Shown piece after piece: positions 27,635 through 41,567 of a stretch of 64,000 nt of DNA. Where the stretch lies: the NCBI GenBank assembly GCA_951406725.2, contig OX597833.1:1922001-1986000 (forward strand), written 5' to 3'. The position numbers and the translations under genes were made by a program. A model generated the notes under the pieces. The model saw only the letters and a program-made list of their open reading frames with translations, was not told the DNA's origin and did not search any database. This DNA is from Octopus vulgaris. Lineage: Eukaryota. Every line of letters starts with the position of its first letter. Positions within the stretch are counted from its first letter, which is position 1.

Positions 27635-27636
<2 letters not shown>
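26488..27636 (+). mobile_element. 5'-truncated CR1-group LINE: reverse transcriptase C-terminal half, 3'UTR and (TTTAAGGA)n tail; non-functional
   Basis: SGVPQGTVLGPLMF, YADD, WAEDNNMQFNAGK, VRDLGI, RLDYCSQLWSP and SLERRRER motifs; frameshift near 27270 and stop at 27387; 8-bp tandem tail. Confidence 0.93.
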
Positions 27637-28159
<523 letters not shown>

Positions 28160-28171
28160 AAATATATATAT

Positions 28172-28318
28172 GTTTCCGTCTACCACCTCCACTCACAAAA
28201 CCATTGGTCGGTTCGAGGCGATAGTACCAGACACCTGCCCAAGGTGCCATGTGGTGGGACTGAACCAGGAAACATGTGATTGAAAAGCAAGCTTCTTACA
28301 ACACAGCCATGCCTGCGC
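28172..28318 (-). mobile_element. Diverged SINE C 5' half
   Basis: Inverted match to 29350-29494. Confidence 0.75.
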
Positions 28319-28377
28319 GTATATTTTTGTATATATATATTCACATATACACACACATATATACACACATATATACA

Positions 28378-28434
<57 letters not shown>

Positions 28435-28511
28435 GTATATATATATATGTATATATATGTATGTATGTATGTATGTATATATATGTATATGTATAAATAT
28501 ATATATATATA

Positions 28512-28880
28512 TTTTTATTCATCTAGTTTCACCTCACGAGCTGTGCCCATGCTGGGGCACCGCCATTCGGTGTTGCTACATGATTTTACTTCACGAATGC
28601 TTTTTAGCAATTGCCATTTGGTACATGAGAGAGTTCGATGCAACTGCCCTCATTCGCACCTCCTGCCGTGAAGTTGGTTCATTTGGGACACCTGATAAGA
28701 AGAGATCCAGTTTTGTTTCAAAGACATCTGCATCTACCCCATGCAGGTGTCTCAGGTTCTTCGGGAGGACATTGAAGAGCTGTGGGCTTCTGAAGCCCAG
28801 GCTATCACAGTATCTTGTCCTACATCATGATGGCAAATTTGGAGTCCTTGGCACTATGCAGTGGCGCCCAGTTCTGGCAT
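28512..28880 (-). mobile_element. CR1-group LINE 3' fragment (subfamily B)
   Basis: Minus strand encodes [27 protein letters not shown], homologous to 27330-27400, followed by the 3'UTR. Confidence 0.88.
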
Positions 28881-29100
28881 ATGTGTATATATATATACAC
28901 ACACATACACATATATAATTATAAATATTTCCTCCTTTTTGCCTTTGCACTTTCCAATGTTTCCTGATTATGAACAACAAAACGTGAAACAACCATTCTT
29001 TTCCTTCTCCGAGTGTCGTATTAATACATTGCTTCTGCTACGTCCTCTTTTTGTCTTTTTACGCTTTTTTTTGTTTTTCTTTTCTCTGCTTTTTGAATTA

Positions 29101-29176
<76 letters not shown>

Positions 29177-29265
29177 AATAATTAATATATGAATAAATAT
29201 ATATATGCATCTATATATATGTATGTATATATGTTTATATGTGTATATATATGTATGTATATATG

Positions 29266-29296
<31 letters not shown>

Positions 29297-29349
29297 ATAT
29301 GTGTGTATATATGTGTGTATATGTGAATATATATATATATAAATATACG

Positions 29350-29745
29350 CACAGGCATGGCTGTGTTGTAAGAAGCTTGCTTTTCAATCACATGTTTCCT
29401 GGTTCAGTCCCACCACATGGCACCTTGGGCAAGTGTCTTGTGCTATCGCCTCGAGCTGACCAATGGCCTTGTGAGTGGAGATGGTAGACGGAAACTGAAA
29501 GAAGCCTACCGTATATTTATATGTGCGCGAGTGTATGTGTGAGTGTATGTGTTTGTGTGCGTCTGTGTGTCTTTGTCTCTGTGTTCGCCCCACCACCACC
29601 ACCACCACAACTTGACAACGGATGATGGTTTGCTTACATCCCTGCAACTTAACGGTTCGGCGAAATTGACCGACAGAATACGTACCAGGCTTTTAAAAAT
29701 ATTAGTGCCCTAGCCTGGCCGCATTCTAATGAGTGAAAGAAGTAG
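29350..29745 (+). mobile_element. Diverged SINE family C
   Basis: Head, CCTTGGGCAAGTGTCTT block and a degenerate tail. Confidence 0.75.
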
Positions 29746-30106
29746 GAGATGAAAGCAATAACAAACACTGCCATCTTGTCATAAGGGGACACATTTGAAA
29801 CGCAAGTAACATCGTCTGAAGCAAGCATGATTACCGGTTCAAATTTTGGCATAAGGCCAGCAATTTTGATGTAGGAGAGAAGTCGATAACATTGGCCACA
29901 GTACTCAATTTTTTTAATTTTATTTTATTTTATTTTGTCGGTCCTCGAGATGATGAATGGTAAACTCGACATCAGCGGAATTTGACCTCAGAACGTAAAC
30001 AAGAACAAAATATTGTTAAGCACTTTTCTTCGTCGTTCTAACGATTCTACACGGGCGCTGCCCTGGAACAAGCATATTTATTAAAAAATGATTTCGTTAA
30101 TTATGA

Positions 30107-30269
30107 AGGCGTAGTAGTGGCTGTGTGGTAAGTAGCTTGCTGACGAACCACATGGTTCAGAGTTCAGTCCCACTAAGTGGCACCTTGGGCATGTGTCTTC
30201 TAGTATAGCCTCGGGCCGACCAAAGTCTTTTGAGTGGATTTGGTAGACGGAAACTCAAAGAAGCCCGTC

Positions 30270-30308
<39 letters not shown>

Positions 30309-30530
30309 TGTATGTGTGTGTGTATATGTTTTATTGTCGGCGTTTGTCCCCCCCCCAACATCGCTTGACAACCGATGGTGGTGTGTTTACATCCCCGTAA
30401 CTTAGCGGTTCCGCAAAAGAGACCGATAGCATAAGTACTAGACTTACAAAGAATAAGTCATGGGGGTCGATTTGCTCGACTAAAGGCGATGCTCCAACAT
30501 GGCCAAAGTCAAATGACTGAAACAAGTAAA
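30107..30530 (+). mobile_element. SINE family C
   Basis: Full-length homologue of 15097. Confidence 0.88.
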
Positions 30531-30816
30531 CAGTGTAATATAGTTAACGAAACGCGTGACATTCTATATGCGAAGTGCAAAATTTGGGAATCGCTTGAAG
30601 TTGTTTGACGTCCTGCTTCTGTGCCAAACACATTACCCTGGTAAATACATTGACGACGTTCCAACATTTAGAACCGTGAATTGATAACATTATCCGAATA
30701 TTTTAGACAACACCTGTTAATTCACTTAATATTCCATCAAAGCTAAGTAGTTGGCTTTTCAACTGATTATGAAGTTTTCATAAAATTCCTCACTGATGAA
30801 GCCAAGCGTATGTGTG

Positions 30817-31208
30817 TGTGGAGGCGCAATTGCCCAGTGGTTAGGGCAGCGGACCCGCGGTCATAGGATCGCGGTTTCGATTCCCAGACCGGGCGTTGTG
30901 AGTGTTTATTGAGCGGAAACACTTAAAGCTACATGAGGCTCCGGCAGGGGATGGTGGTGATCCCTGCTGTACTCTTTCACCACAACTTTCTCTCACTCTT
31001 ACTTCCTGTTTCTGTTGTACTTGTATTTCAAAGGGGACCAGCCTTGTCACTCTCTGTGTCACGCTGAATATCCCCGAGAACTGCGTTAAGGGTACACGTG
31101 TCTGTGGAGTGCTCAGCCACTTACACGTTAATTTCACGAGCAGGCTGTTCCGTTGATTCGGATCAACCGGAACCCTCGTCGTCGTAACCGACGGAGTGCT
31201 TCCATCCA
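30817..31208 (+). mobile_element. SINE family B, tail type 1
   Basis: Near-identical to 1477-1867. Confidence 0.9.
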
Positions 31209-31221
31209 TGTGTGTGAGCGC

Positions 31222-31260
<39 letters not shown>

Positions 31261-31719
31261 TCTGTGGTGGGTCAAAGTGGGGTCGTCGGGGCAGGTTTGG
31301 TGAAGTAGGTTGATAAGTGAATTGGAGACTTGACTAATTATTACAAACATCTTTCATGGAATTATTTTATTACCAACGCGGACATAACATTTCTCCTTTT
31401 CTGCTTCTTTTACGTAAGCTGTAAGTTCCTGGTAATTTGTCATGCGCCGCTTTACTCCTCCTACTTCACCTCATCCCCTTCCCCTTCCGCCTGCTCCTCC
31501 TCCTCCTTGTCTTCTACCACTTCCTCCTCCTTGTCTTCTACCTTTTCCTCTTCCTTCTCCTGCTGCTTCGCCCTCCCCTTCCACCTCGTCCTCTTCCTCC
31601 ACTTCATCGCCATCGACATCATCCTCATCATCGTGATCCCCGCCACCACCACCACTACTGCTACTACCACTACCACTGTCGTCACCATGAAAATTACCAA
31701 TGTCCTCGCGTCGTCGCCG

Positions 31720-31729
31720 TCATCATCAT

Positions 31730-31774
<45 letters not shown>

Positions 31775-31792
31775 GTCATCATCACCATCATC

Positions 31793-31837
<45 letters not shown>

Positions 31838-31963
31838 GAAATCATCATCATCACCATCATCATCGTCATCATCGTCATCATCGTCATCATCATCATCATC
31901 GAAATCATCATCATCACCATCATCATCGTCATCATCGTCATCATCGTCATCATCACCATCATC

Positions 31964-32008
<45 letters not shown>

Positions 32009-32019
32009 GAAATCATCAC

Positions 32020-32058
<39 letters not shown>

Positions 32059-32133
32059 TATCGAAATCATCATCATCATCGTCATCGTCTTCATCACCAT
32101 CACCATCATCGTCATCATCATCATTATCATCAC

Positions 32134-32166
<33 letters not shown>

Positions 32167-32175
32167 TTTCACCAC
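31720..32175. repeat. (CAT)n microsatellite with low-complexity flanks
   Basis: Poly-His, poly-Ser, poly-Ile and poly-Met in different frames. Confidence 0.95.
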
Positions 32176-32869
32176 CACGAAGAACAACGACAGCAAACCA
32201 CCTGCGGTAGCAACACGACCTTAGACAACACCACCAGCCTCATCATCATCGGCATTACTACAACCACGACCACCCCGTTGTCCGCGTCGTCATCACCGTC
32301 GTCGGCATCATTGTCATCATCATCACTATCATCATCATCAGCTTGATGGCCAACACCGCCAGCACCGCCATTCCTTTAACTTATTTGACTTCGTGAATTG
32401 GTTTGAAAATACTTCAGGTGCAACAAAGAGCTGAGCCAACAGAATTAAAACTCATTCGTTAACACACACGTATTAATAATACACCCAAACACTCACACAC
32501 ACACACACACAAACACACGGACATTTATATAATGTTGTATATGTGTTCCTGTGTTTCTGTGTCTCTACGAGTATGTATGCATGTATGCATTTATATGTGT
32601 GTAAACGTGTGTTTGTGTGTGTGCGTGCGTTGTGTATGTGTGCATGCGCATTGGAAGAGAGAGAGAGAGAGAGAGAGAGGAGGCGAAAGGTGTGGAAGAA
32701 TAAATGTGTTGTTGTTGTTCTGGTGGTGGTGGTGGTGGTGGTGGTGGTGGACTATTTTGGTTTGCCTCTCAATAAAGGAATGGTATTTGTCTTCGAGAAT
32801 GGATTAGAATTCTTTACATGATTCGGGCACATATTGGCCGGAGACGATGAAGTTAGTGAAGGAGAAGGA

Positions 32870-33013
32870 GAAGAAGAAGAAGAAGAAGAAGAAGAAGAAG
32901 AAGAAGAAGAAGAAGAAGAAGAAGAAGAAGAAGAAGAAGAAGAAAAAGAAGAAGAAGAAAACGGTGTGTGGAGACCTGAAATTCGCATAATGGCAGTAAA
33001 AGAGAACATCAAG

Positions 33014-33062
<49 letters not shown>

Positions 33063-33090
33063 GAGAGAGAAAGAGAGAGAGAGAGAGAAA
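32870..33090. repeat. (GAA)n and (GA)n microsatellites
   Basis: Seen directly. Confidence 0.95.
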
Positions 33091-34958
33091 TAAAGAGACA
33101 CGAAAAGATGTGGATGGTAGAATCGAACTGAGAATGGTAAGGAAACTAAGGTAGAATTATAATGAAACTAAACAAATGTAAGAACAAAAGAATTTAATTA
33201 AATTCCTAATTCTGATTTGGAAGGGAAATAGTGTTACACACAAGTAATTTTCTTCTCTCTCTTAGTCAGAACTGGGTTCGAATCGAAGTAAAGTATTAAC
33301 GCCTACCAGAAATTTATCTCCCAATCTTTAGTTAGAGTCCAAAATTTTTTTAATTCGTTTTCACTGCGTTTCTCCCATTTCCGCCTTCCAGTTAATCTAA
33401 CCGATTCTCACTTATTTATCTTCCATTCACTGGTTCAAATCCACAGCAATTTTTTTCCTGCCCCCACCCACCTTGTTTTCCAGTTTAGCTTATTTCAGTC
33501 TTCCTACTACGAAACTGTGGCTTTATCACTCAATCATTCTTTGAATCAGCAATGATTTTTTTGTTTTCCACCCACAAGCTGCAACTTATTTAAATCTAAT
33601 CTCCAGTTAACACAACTAGCTCTTGGCTTCTTATCATTTAATCTCTGCAACAAATCAGGGATGAATTATCGCAAACGCTGCCATATTTTTATGGCTTTGC
33701 CTACAATTATGGAACAAGAAATATTCCTTTCATTACTTGCAGTAAGTTCGATTTGTAGATAATGTTTTTCGCAACTAGCATTATATTTACCCATAGCCTC
33801 CAAAACATTATTTCTCGTTCGATCTCTCGTTCAACTGTGGGATATTTTTACACAGTCACAACAAATATATTTTATTCCTATCTTCAGTCAAGACAAACGA
33901 TATATAAAAACACATTCCAGTTGCTGGGTGGAATTTTCAGCAGTTTTCGGTATTTCTTTTTCTCTCTTGAAGCTCTTGCTAATCATACGAGTATCGTCTT
34001 GTAAAAATTTCGTTACTGGAGTCATATTTCCGAAGCTGAAATATATTCCGAATTATGAAATCATCCGTCCATTTTCTCGGTCCTCAAGCATTTCCTGTCA
34101 TTAAACTTTCCTGCTGGATTCCGGAGCATAACCAACTGAGACTGGATACTATCCAGCCATCACGCTTTTACTTTACCCCTAGGTCCCTACTGGATGGCAT
34201 AACTTGAAGAACCTATCTTGCGAACCTTTCAAATTAAATTTCCTCTTTCTTTAAGCGGCCACAACCCAGACACATCTCAGAATACTCATTTGCTTTTGTA
34301 GGTTCTCATTTTTGCCAAGCGTCTCTGCCAGTGACCCCAAAGAAAATGTGCATTGCTTTCGACTTTTATCAGTAAAAAGTATTCTCCAGGTAATCACATC
34401 TGTTATGGCTTGATGGTCAACGCTATAACTACGATCAAGAAACCCTACAATAACAGAGATGAGTAGAATACATTCATAAATGTCACGTGTTTCTGTCATG
34501 AGATTTTTCTTTCTAGTTTTGTTCGTTAATTTGCTGTATGTACCATTAATACGATTTTGAAGATCTTTCAGAAGTGATTCCAATTTAATTTAGGCGTGAA
34601 TTAGTAACTGTAAGACAGACATTCTGACAATCGAAGATCAAACCTGCAATCTTTGCAGCTAGCTTCAAAACATCTGCCAGTGAAGCACTACAAAGTTAAC
34701 ACTGGTCGCCATCTTGAAGGCTTGTATCGACAGCATTTTGTTCTATGAAGACATAACATGTGAAGAAGAAGCTTAAGTTTAATTAGTAATTAGATAAATT
34801 TCTTTCAAATTCTGCGTCGACAACGATATAACTGGTATTCTTTTAGATTATGGCATTATTTCAAATCTAGAGGAAATAAGTGGTGTTATGTGTTACTAGA
34901 ATACTCACCTTTCAGTCACTGATAAGGACGAACATTCGTGTGTGTGTGAGTATGTGTA

Positions 34959-34990
<32 letters not shown>

Positions 34991-35501
34991 TGTGTGTTTG
35001 TTTAGCAACTTAAAATATTTTCCATCCAGTATCTCACTAAGTGAACGCTGCATATCTGAAATCTTTGAATTAAATTTTGTCCACTTGTTCTTTATCTTTA
35101 TTAGTCTACCTCAATAATAAATTTTTAAGGGACAAAAGGTAATTAATTATACTCCTTTATTCATTTATTTATTTTTCTCTCTCTATCTATTTTCACTCAT
35201 TACTCTATTTTGGTTTATTTGTTCCAGGCGTGGAACAAACATACACAAAATACGAACCGGTGAACGCAAACATTCATGTATGTAGATAAAAATAATCTTT
35301 AAAATTGTTATACACATGAGATAGACATGCTTTTAAAGAAACTGAGTGGGGATATAGAAAAATCATAAAAAGTATTATTTTGCTTACTAGGAGATAATTA
35401 AAAGTACAATATCATTATATATGTGAATAGATGTGGGAAAGGATCAAATATGAAAATCAATGGAAAATAAACAGTCAAGGGGAGGTAATAAATAAATATC
35501 T

Positions 35502-35596
35502 ACGTGGAACCTTCGGCAAGTGTCTTCTACTATAGCCTCGGGCTGACCAAAGCCTTGTGAGTGGATCTGGTAGACGGAAACTGAAAGAAGCCCTTC

Positions 35597-35674
<78 letters not shown>

Positions 35675-35890
35675 GTATGTATATGTTTGTGTGTCTGTGT
35701 TTGTCCCCCACAACATCGCTTGACAACCGAAGCTAGTGTATTTACGTCCCCGTAACTTAGGGGTTCGGCAAAAGAGACCGATAGAATAAGTACTAGGCTT
35801 ACAAAAAATAAGTCCTGGAGTCGATTTGCTCGACTAAAGCGGTGCTCCAGCATAGCCGCAGTCAAATAACCGAAACAAGTAAAAGAGTAA
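35502..35890 (+). mobile_element. SINE family C, 5'-truncated
   Basis: Homology to 15097-15515. Confidence 0.85.
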
Positions 35891-36258
35891 TATAAATAAA
35901 AATATTTAGCCTCAGTTGTTCATATTGCTTGGCTTATTAATTTAATAACTATATATTATTATAAACTCCATATATATTTTGTACACATACTATGTTTACT
36001 GTATATCTTACAAATATCTCATAATTGTTCCATTATTATATTTATTAAATATAATCTACATTTATCTATTCTTGACTAGATTTTTACAGTTATCCCTTTC
36101 GTTATTTTCTGATTAATTGGCTTTTCCATTTAAAATATATTTGTTCCAATATCCACCTCCCTCTATATAAACTATAATTACAGTTTTTTCTTATATCTAC
36201 CTACCGTTAAATTAGGTTTACTCAACCTACAGGCATTCATCAATATTTTGTATATCTT

Positions 36259-36342
36259 TATCTGCCTCTGAAGAAAAGCAACTTTCAAATAATTTTTAAT
36301 TTAATTAACCAATTTTCTGAATTGAAACAGCTGTAAGGGATA
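36259..36342 (+). ncRNA. Hammerhead-like motif, partly degenerate
   Basis: tatctgcct CTGAAGA(36268) aa...tt GAAAC agct GTA(36335) agggata; palindromic stem III loop, weak stem II. Confidence 0.6.
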
Positions 36343-36602
36343 TTTGTCAATTTAAAAAATTAATAAATAATAATTTATCAATTACCTCTCTATTTCCCCA
36401 ATAAATAAATATGTATTTAAATCACGGTTTATATGGTTAAATTGCAGTTGAGTATTGACTGTAATGTTCAACATCCCTTGTATAGGTAATTAAACAGTAC
36501 TTTCGTAGGATTTATGCTATCAATGAATTGTGCTTCTCTATGTATGTATGTATGTATGTATGTATGTATGTATGTATGTATGTATGTATGTATGTATGTA
36601 TG

Positions 36603-36665
<63 letters not shown>

Positions 36666-37830
36666 CGCTTCCTTCAGCTTCTGTGTACCAAATTCACACA
36701 CTAGGTTTTGGACGGCCCGAAGCTAAAGTATGGTGGGACTGAACCCGGAACTATGTTGTTGGGAGGCAAGCCACTTACAACATAGCTACTCCTGCGGTTA
36801 TGAATCTATGCTTGTATGTATGTATGTATGTATGTATGTAAAATACGAGAGCCACCAATTCAAATAGTTACAAGACCCAGAAGAACACCAGCAGAAATCG
36901 TAATAAGACAACAACCACAACTGACCACAAAACTTATGTACATCAGCTCCAAAAATAATATTACCAGCACACCAAAGTCTGCACCACCAACAGCAGCACA
37001 ACCACCACCACCTCCACCATTACCAGTACCACGTCCATCACCACAACCACCAACACCCATTCCACGAGAAACCATAATCGAAAGCCAGGGAAACCAATTA
37101 TTAATTGACAGAAACAAATTCAAGACGTCTGGGTGATACTTTGATGTGTGTATGATATATGTGATAAATGTGATATTTGATATATATGATATATGATATA
37201 TGATATACGTGGCTGTTTATAGAATATCAATAAGGTGTTAGTGTCGGCAAAAAGGCGCAGATGTAGATGAGAGACTGTTTAGCAAAGTTTCACGATCGTA
37301 TACATATACAACTAGATTTATATACACAAACACTTGCAGATATCTGAGAGTGAGCATATTATCTGTATATATGCATATATACGTAAACATATATGTGTGC
37401 GTGTGAGTGTTTGTGCGTCTGTATGTGTGTTTCTGTTTGTATGTGCGTACGTGCATTACATGTATACATAAACACACTCGCACACACACATATATATATA
37501 TGCATAAATATACGCATATAGATATATACATGTTTACGTAAACATATATATAGGAATATATATACATGTATATATGTATACATATATATGTATGCATGTA
37601 TATACTTATATAATGTATGTATATATATATATGCATACTCATATATATATATATATAAATATATATATTCATATATATATAAATATATACATATATATCT
37701 TCAAACAATGCTGCACATATGTACACGTACCTGCGATGGGTACGTGTACGTACCCTACTTGCACAAGAACAAAATATATATACATGAGTGCATATGCGTG
37801 TCCTTGTATATATATGTGTGTGTGTGTACA

Positions 37831-37898
<68 letters not shown>

Positions 37899-37913
37899 CA
37901 TACAAATATATAT

Positions 37914-37947
<34 letters not shown>

Positions 37948-38369
37948 ACATACATATATATAGATATCTGCATGTATATATATAAATATAGATGTACAAG
38001 TATGTATGCATGTATGTATATATGCATGAATATAATCAACATACACAAACAGCTCCGAACGCTTGCCCTGGGTGTGGGTATTTTGTTATTTCATTTTCTC
38101 TCCAAAACCAATGTCAGCTCCAATATCCAATACGAGACATGTCTTCCAGCAACCTATTTTTTGCACATCAATCAAGTTGCCCTGTTTACTTGCTATTTCC
38201 GTTCTCCATTTTATCGGAGTACAACTTTCTCTCTATCACTCTCTTTCTCTCTGTGTGTCGGGCTGTCTTTCTATCTCTCCCCCCTCCTCTCTCTCTCTCT
38301 CTCTCTCTCTCCCTCTCTCTCTCTCTCTCTTTCTCTCTCTGCGTATATATATGTATATATATATATTAT

Positions 38370-38590
38370 AGCTAGCAGAAACGTTAGCATGCCGGGCGAA
38401 ATGCGTAGCCGTATTTCGTCTGCCGTTATGTTGCGAGTTCAAATTCCGTCGAGGTCGACTTTGCCTTTCATCCTTTCGGGGTCGATAAATTAAGTACCAT
38501 TGACGCACTGGGGTTGATGTAATCGACTTAATCTGTTTGTCTGTCCTTGTTTGTCCCCTCTATGTTTAGCCCCTTTTGGGCAATAAAGTA
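38370..38590 (+). mobile_element. SINE family A
   Basis: Homology to 1071-1297. Confidence 0.85.
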
Positions 38591-38796
38591 ATATATATAT
38601 ATATAAAATTTTTCTGTTTATCTAAATTGGAGACGAACACAATTCCACCACATGATCGGTTTGAATTATTGTTAAGATATTAAGATATTTTCTTAAGACG
38701 AAACCAATGGTAGCCTTAATTACAGAATAATGGAATCCTATCCACCAATGCAGTATTCAGCACACATTTTCGACGTTTGCATGTTCGTCTTTGTAC

Positions 38797-38859
<63 letters not shown>

Positions 38860-38860
<1 letters not shown>

Positions 38861-39098
38861 AGGGTTGGACAAAAGACTATCGACAGTAAATGAAAATTCT
38901 ATAAATACTATCAGTAATTCTGTATTGACTCGAATGGAAAAATGGTGTCGTTCTCAAGAAGGACTTCAGTTTTGAACAATTTTCACTATGTTTCGTATTT
39001 AGATGCTTTTATTAAATTCGTTCAGTTGTTAAACATAAATAAATCTTGGAATTGAATTGTTTTGATTTACACTTAGGTGACTTTGGGCCAAACCTCTG
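38860..39098. mobile_element. Degenerate Tc1/mariner-type MITE
   Basis: TA-CAGGGTTGGACAAAAG ... CTTTGGGCCAAACCTCTG imperfect TIRs. Confidence 0.4.
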
Positions 39099-39233
39099 TG
39101 TGTATATATATATATTCTTTTATTCATATCATTGTTTCAATCATTTTCAGTGTGGCCACGCTGGAACACCAGCATTTAGTCGAAGAAATCCACCTCTGGA
39201 CCTATTCAATGTAACCTTGTGCCTTTAAGAGAA

Positions 39234-39253
39234 TTATCATTATTATTATTATC

Positions 39254-39342
<89 letters not shown>

Positions 39343-39378
39343 CATTAACATTATCATTATTATTACTATCATTATTAC

Positions 39379-39411
<33 letters not shown>

Positions 39412-39430
39412 CATCATCATCACCATTATT

Positions 39431-39471
<41 letters not shown>

Positions 39472-39556
39472 TATTATTATTATTATTGCTATTATTATTA
39501 TCATTATTATTATTATCATCATTATTATTAATATTATTATTATTATTATTATTATC
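39234..39556. repeat. (TTA)n/(TCA)n compound microsatellite
   Basis: Seen directly. Confidence 0.95.
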
Positions 39557-39954
39557 AATTAAAGCAATTATACATGCTTAACAAACACACACAATACAAC
39601 CAATCCTGGTATCCTGGCGGAGGCATCCATAAGCATTGAGGCTTTCTAGTATCTGTGTTTATTTTGTATTTACGACTGATATAACATGGATAAAGGCCAA
39701 ATATATGTTGTGGCTGGCTTTGTGAGTTTAAATAAGAAAATAGAAAATAACGTCTTCTGTTTAGTAAGAACGGGAAATCGTTAATTCTAACACTGTAACG
39801 GAGTTTTTATAACCATCGGATGAGAGCTATTAAAAGAGAGCTATAATGTCTGTATTTGTAGGATCATTTAATATATCGATCGATTTCGTTATCTGTCTTG
39901 CAATCTACGTAGCTACATATCTGTACACATATACACGCCGAAACACACACACAA

Positions 39955-39998
<44 letters not shown>

Positions 39999-40258
39999 TT
40001 GTATCATACTTTGTCTTACCATGTACATAGTTATTCACACATCTATTAAGCCATTATCCTTCTGCTTATCTATCAGGACACCTACGCATAAGGATTCGCA
40101 GACACATATATACACAATCCCTCTCTCTATATATATCTTACTTTCACGCATGCACACATCTACATATATTTATATATATTAATCTCTCTATCTACATACC
40201 TATTATCCATCTGCTAATCGATATAGGTATGGGAGTGTGTATATACATGCATACATAC

Positions 40259-40320
<62 letters not shown>

Positions 40321-40323
<3 letters not shown>

Positions 40324-40516
40324 GGTCCCGGGTTGAGTCGGGGTTAACCACAGTAAATAAGGTACTCAATACATAGTAGAGTAAATTAATTTATTTTATA
40401 GAAGGAGCTTCTACAGGATTAGAACTGTTTCATTCAAAAGAAATCATCAGGAAGCTTCCTGATGATTTCTTTTGAATGAAACAGTTCTAGTCCTGTAGAA
40501 GCTTTTTCTATAAAAT
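40321..40516 (-). mobile_element. Minimal fold-back hammerhead element, family H7
   Basis: 124-bp palindrome 40393-40516 centred on AAG|CTT, tail 40321-40392, adjacent to (TA)n. Confidence 0.85.
40452..40504 (+). ncRNA. Type I hammerhead ribozyme (mirror copy on the minus strand at 40406-40457)
   Basis: aagcttc CTGATGA(40459) t ttc tttt gaa t GAA acag ttctagtc ctgt A(40497) gaagctt; 7-bp stem I and 4-bp stem III. Confidence 0.85.
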
Positions 40517-40844
40517 CAAGATGTAGGACAAGATTCTGTGATAGCCTGGGCTTCCGTGGCCCACAGCTCTTCAATATCCTCCCGAAGACCCTGAGAGACC
40601 TGCATGGGGTGGATGCGGATGCCTTTAAAATGAAACTGGATCTCTTCCTGTCAGGTGTCCCAGATGAACCAACTTCACGGCACGAGGTGCAGATGAGGGC
40701 AGCTGCATCGAACTCTCTCATGCACCAAATGGCATTTGCTAAAAAGCTTTCGTGAAGTAAAACCATGTAGCAACACCAAATGGCGGTGCCCCAGCATGGC
40801 CACAGCTCATAAGCTGAAACTAGAATCAATCAATCAATCAATCA

Positions 40845-40848
<4 letters not shown>
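40517..40848 (+). mobile_element. CR1-group LINE 3' fragment with (AATC)n tail
   Basis: [47 protein letters not shown] followed by the 3'UTR. Confidence 0.9.
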
Positions 40849-40891
<43 letters not shown>

Positions 40892-40922
40892 TTTATTGAA
40901 AAGCAGTTAAAGTTTCATAAAT

Positions 40923-40961
40923 ACCGTTACTCAGAGTTTCACTTCCCGCTCGTCAGACAAT
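40923..40961 (-). ncRNA. Minimal hammerhead ribozyme, family H6
   Basis: Minus strand: attgt CTGACGA gc gggaa gt GAAAC tctga GTA acggt; in a (TA)n insert starting at 40891. Confidence 0.7.
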
Positions 40962-41064
40962 TTCTCCCGCTTTTCAATAATGCATATTACTCCACCTCTG
41001 GTATTTGAGTACTCTATTTCCATCCTTGTTTCACATTAATGTGCTTACTCCGGTTTATATGTAT

Positions 41065-41152
<88 letters not shown>

Positions 41153-41155
<3 letters not shown>

Positions 41156-41328
41156 CGCAGGAGTGGTTGTGTGGTAAGTAGCTTGCTAACCAACCACATG
41201 GTTCCGGGTTCGGTCCCACTGCGTGACATCTTGGGCAAGTGTCTTCTACTATAGCCTCGGGCTGACCAATGCCTTGTGAGTGGATTTGGTAGACGGAAAC
41301 TGGAAGAAGCCTGTCGTATATATGTATG

Positions 41329-41361
<33 letters not shown>

Positions 41362-41567
41362 ATGTGTTTGTGTGTCTGTGTTTGTCCCACTAGCATTGCT
41401 TGACAACCGATGCTGGTGTGTTTATGTCCCCGTCACTTAGTGGTTCGGCAAAAGAGACCGATAGAATAAGTACTGGGCTTACAAAGAATAAGTCCCGGGG
41501 TCGATTTACTCGACTAAAGGCGGTGCTGACTGAAACAAATAAAAGAGTAAAAGAGAGTAAAAGAGTA
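41153..41567 (+). mobile_element. SINE family C
   Basis: Full-length copy with a small deletion in the 3' stem-loop. Confidence 0.9.

Noticed and set aside
31330-32346. 338-aa poly-His ORF (poly-Ser, poly-Ile or poly-Met in other frames)
   Set aside because: It is a (CAT)n microsatellite open in several frames, has a non-ATG start and shows no domain.
33550-34600. Possible Tc1 transposase relic on the minus strand (WRILFTDKS, VWVVAA)
   Set aside because: Only two weak motif echoes and no TIRs found; needs tBLASTn.
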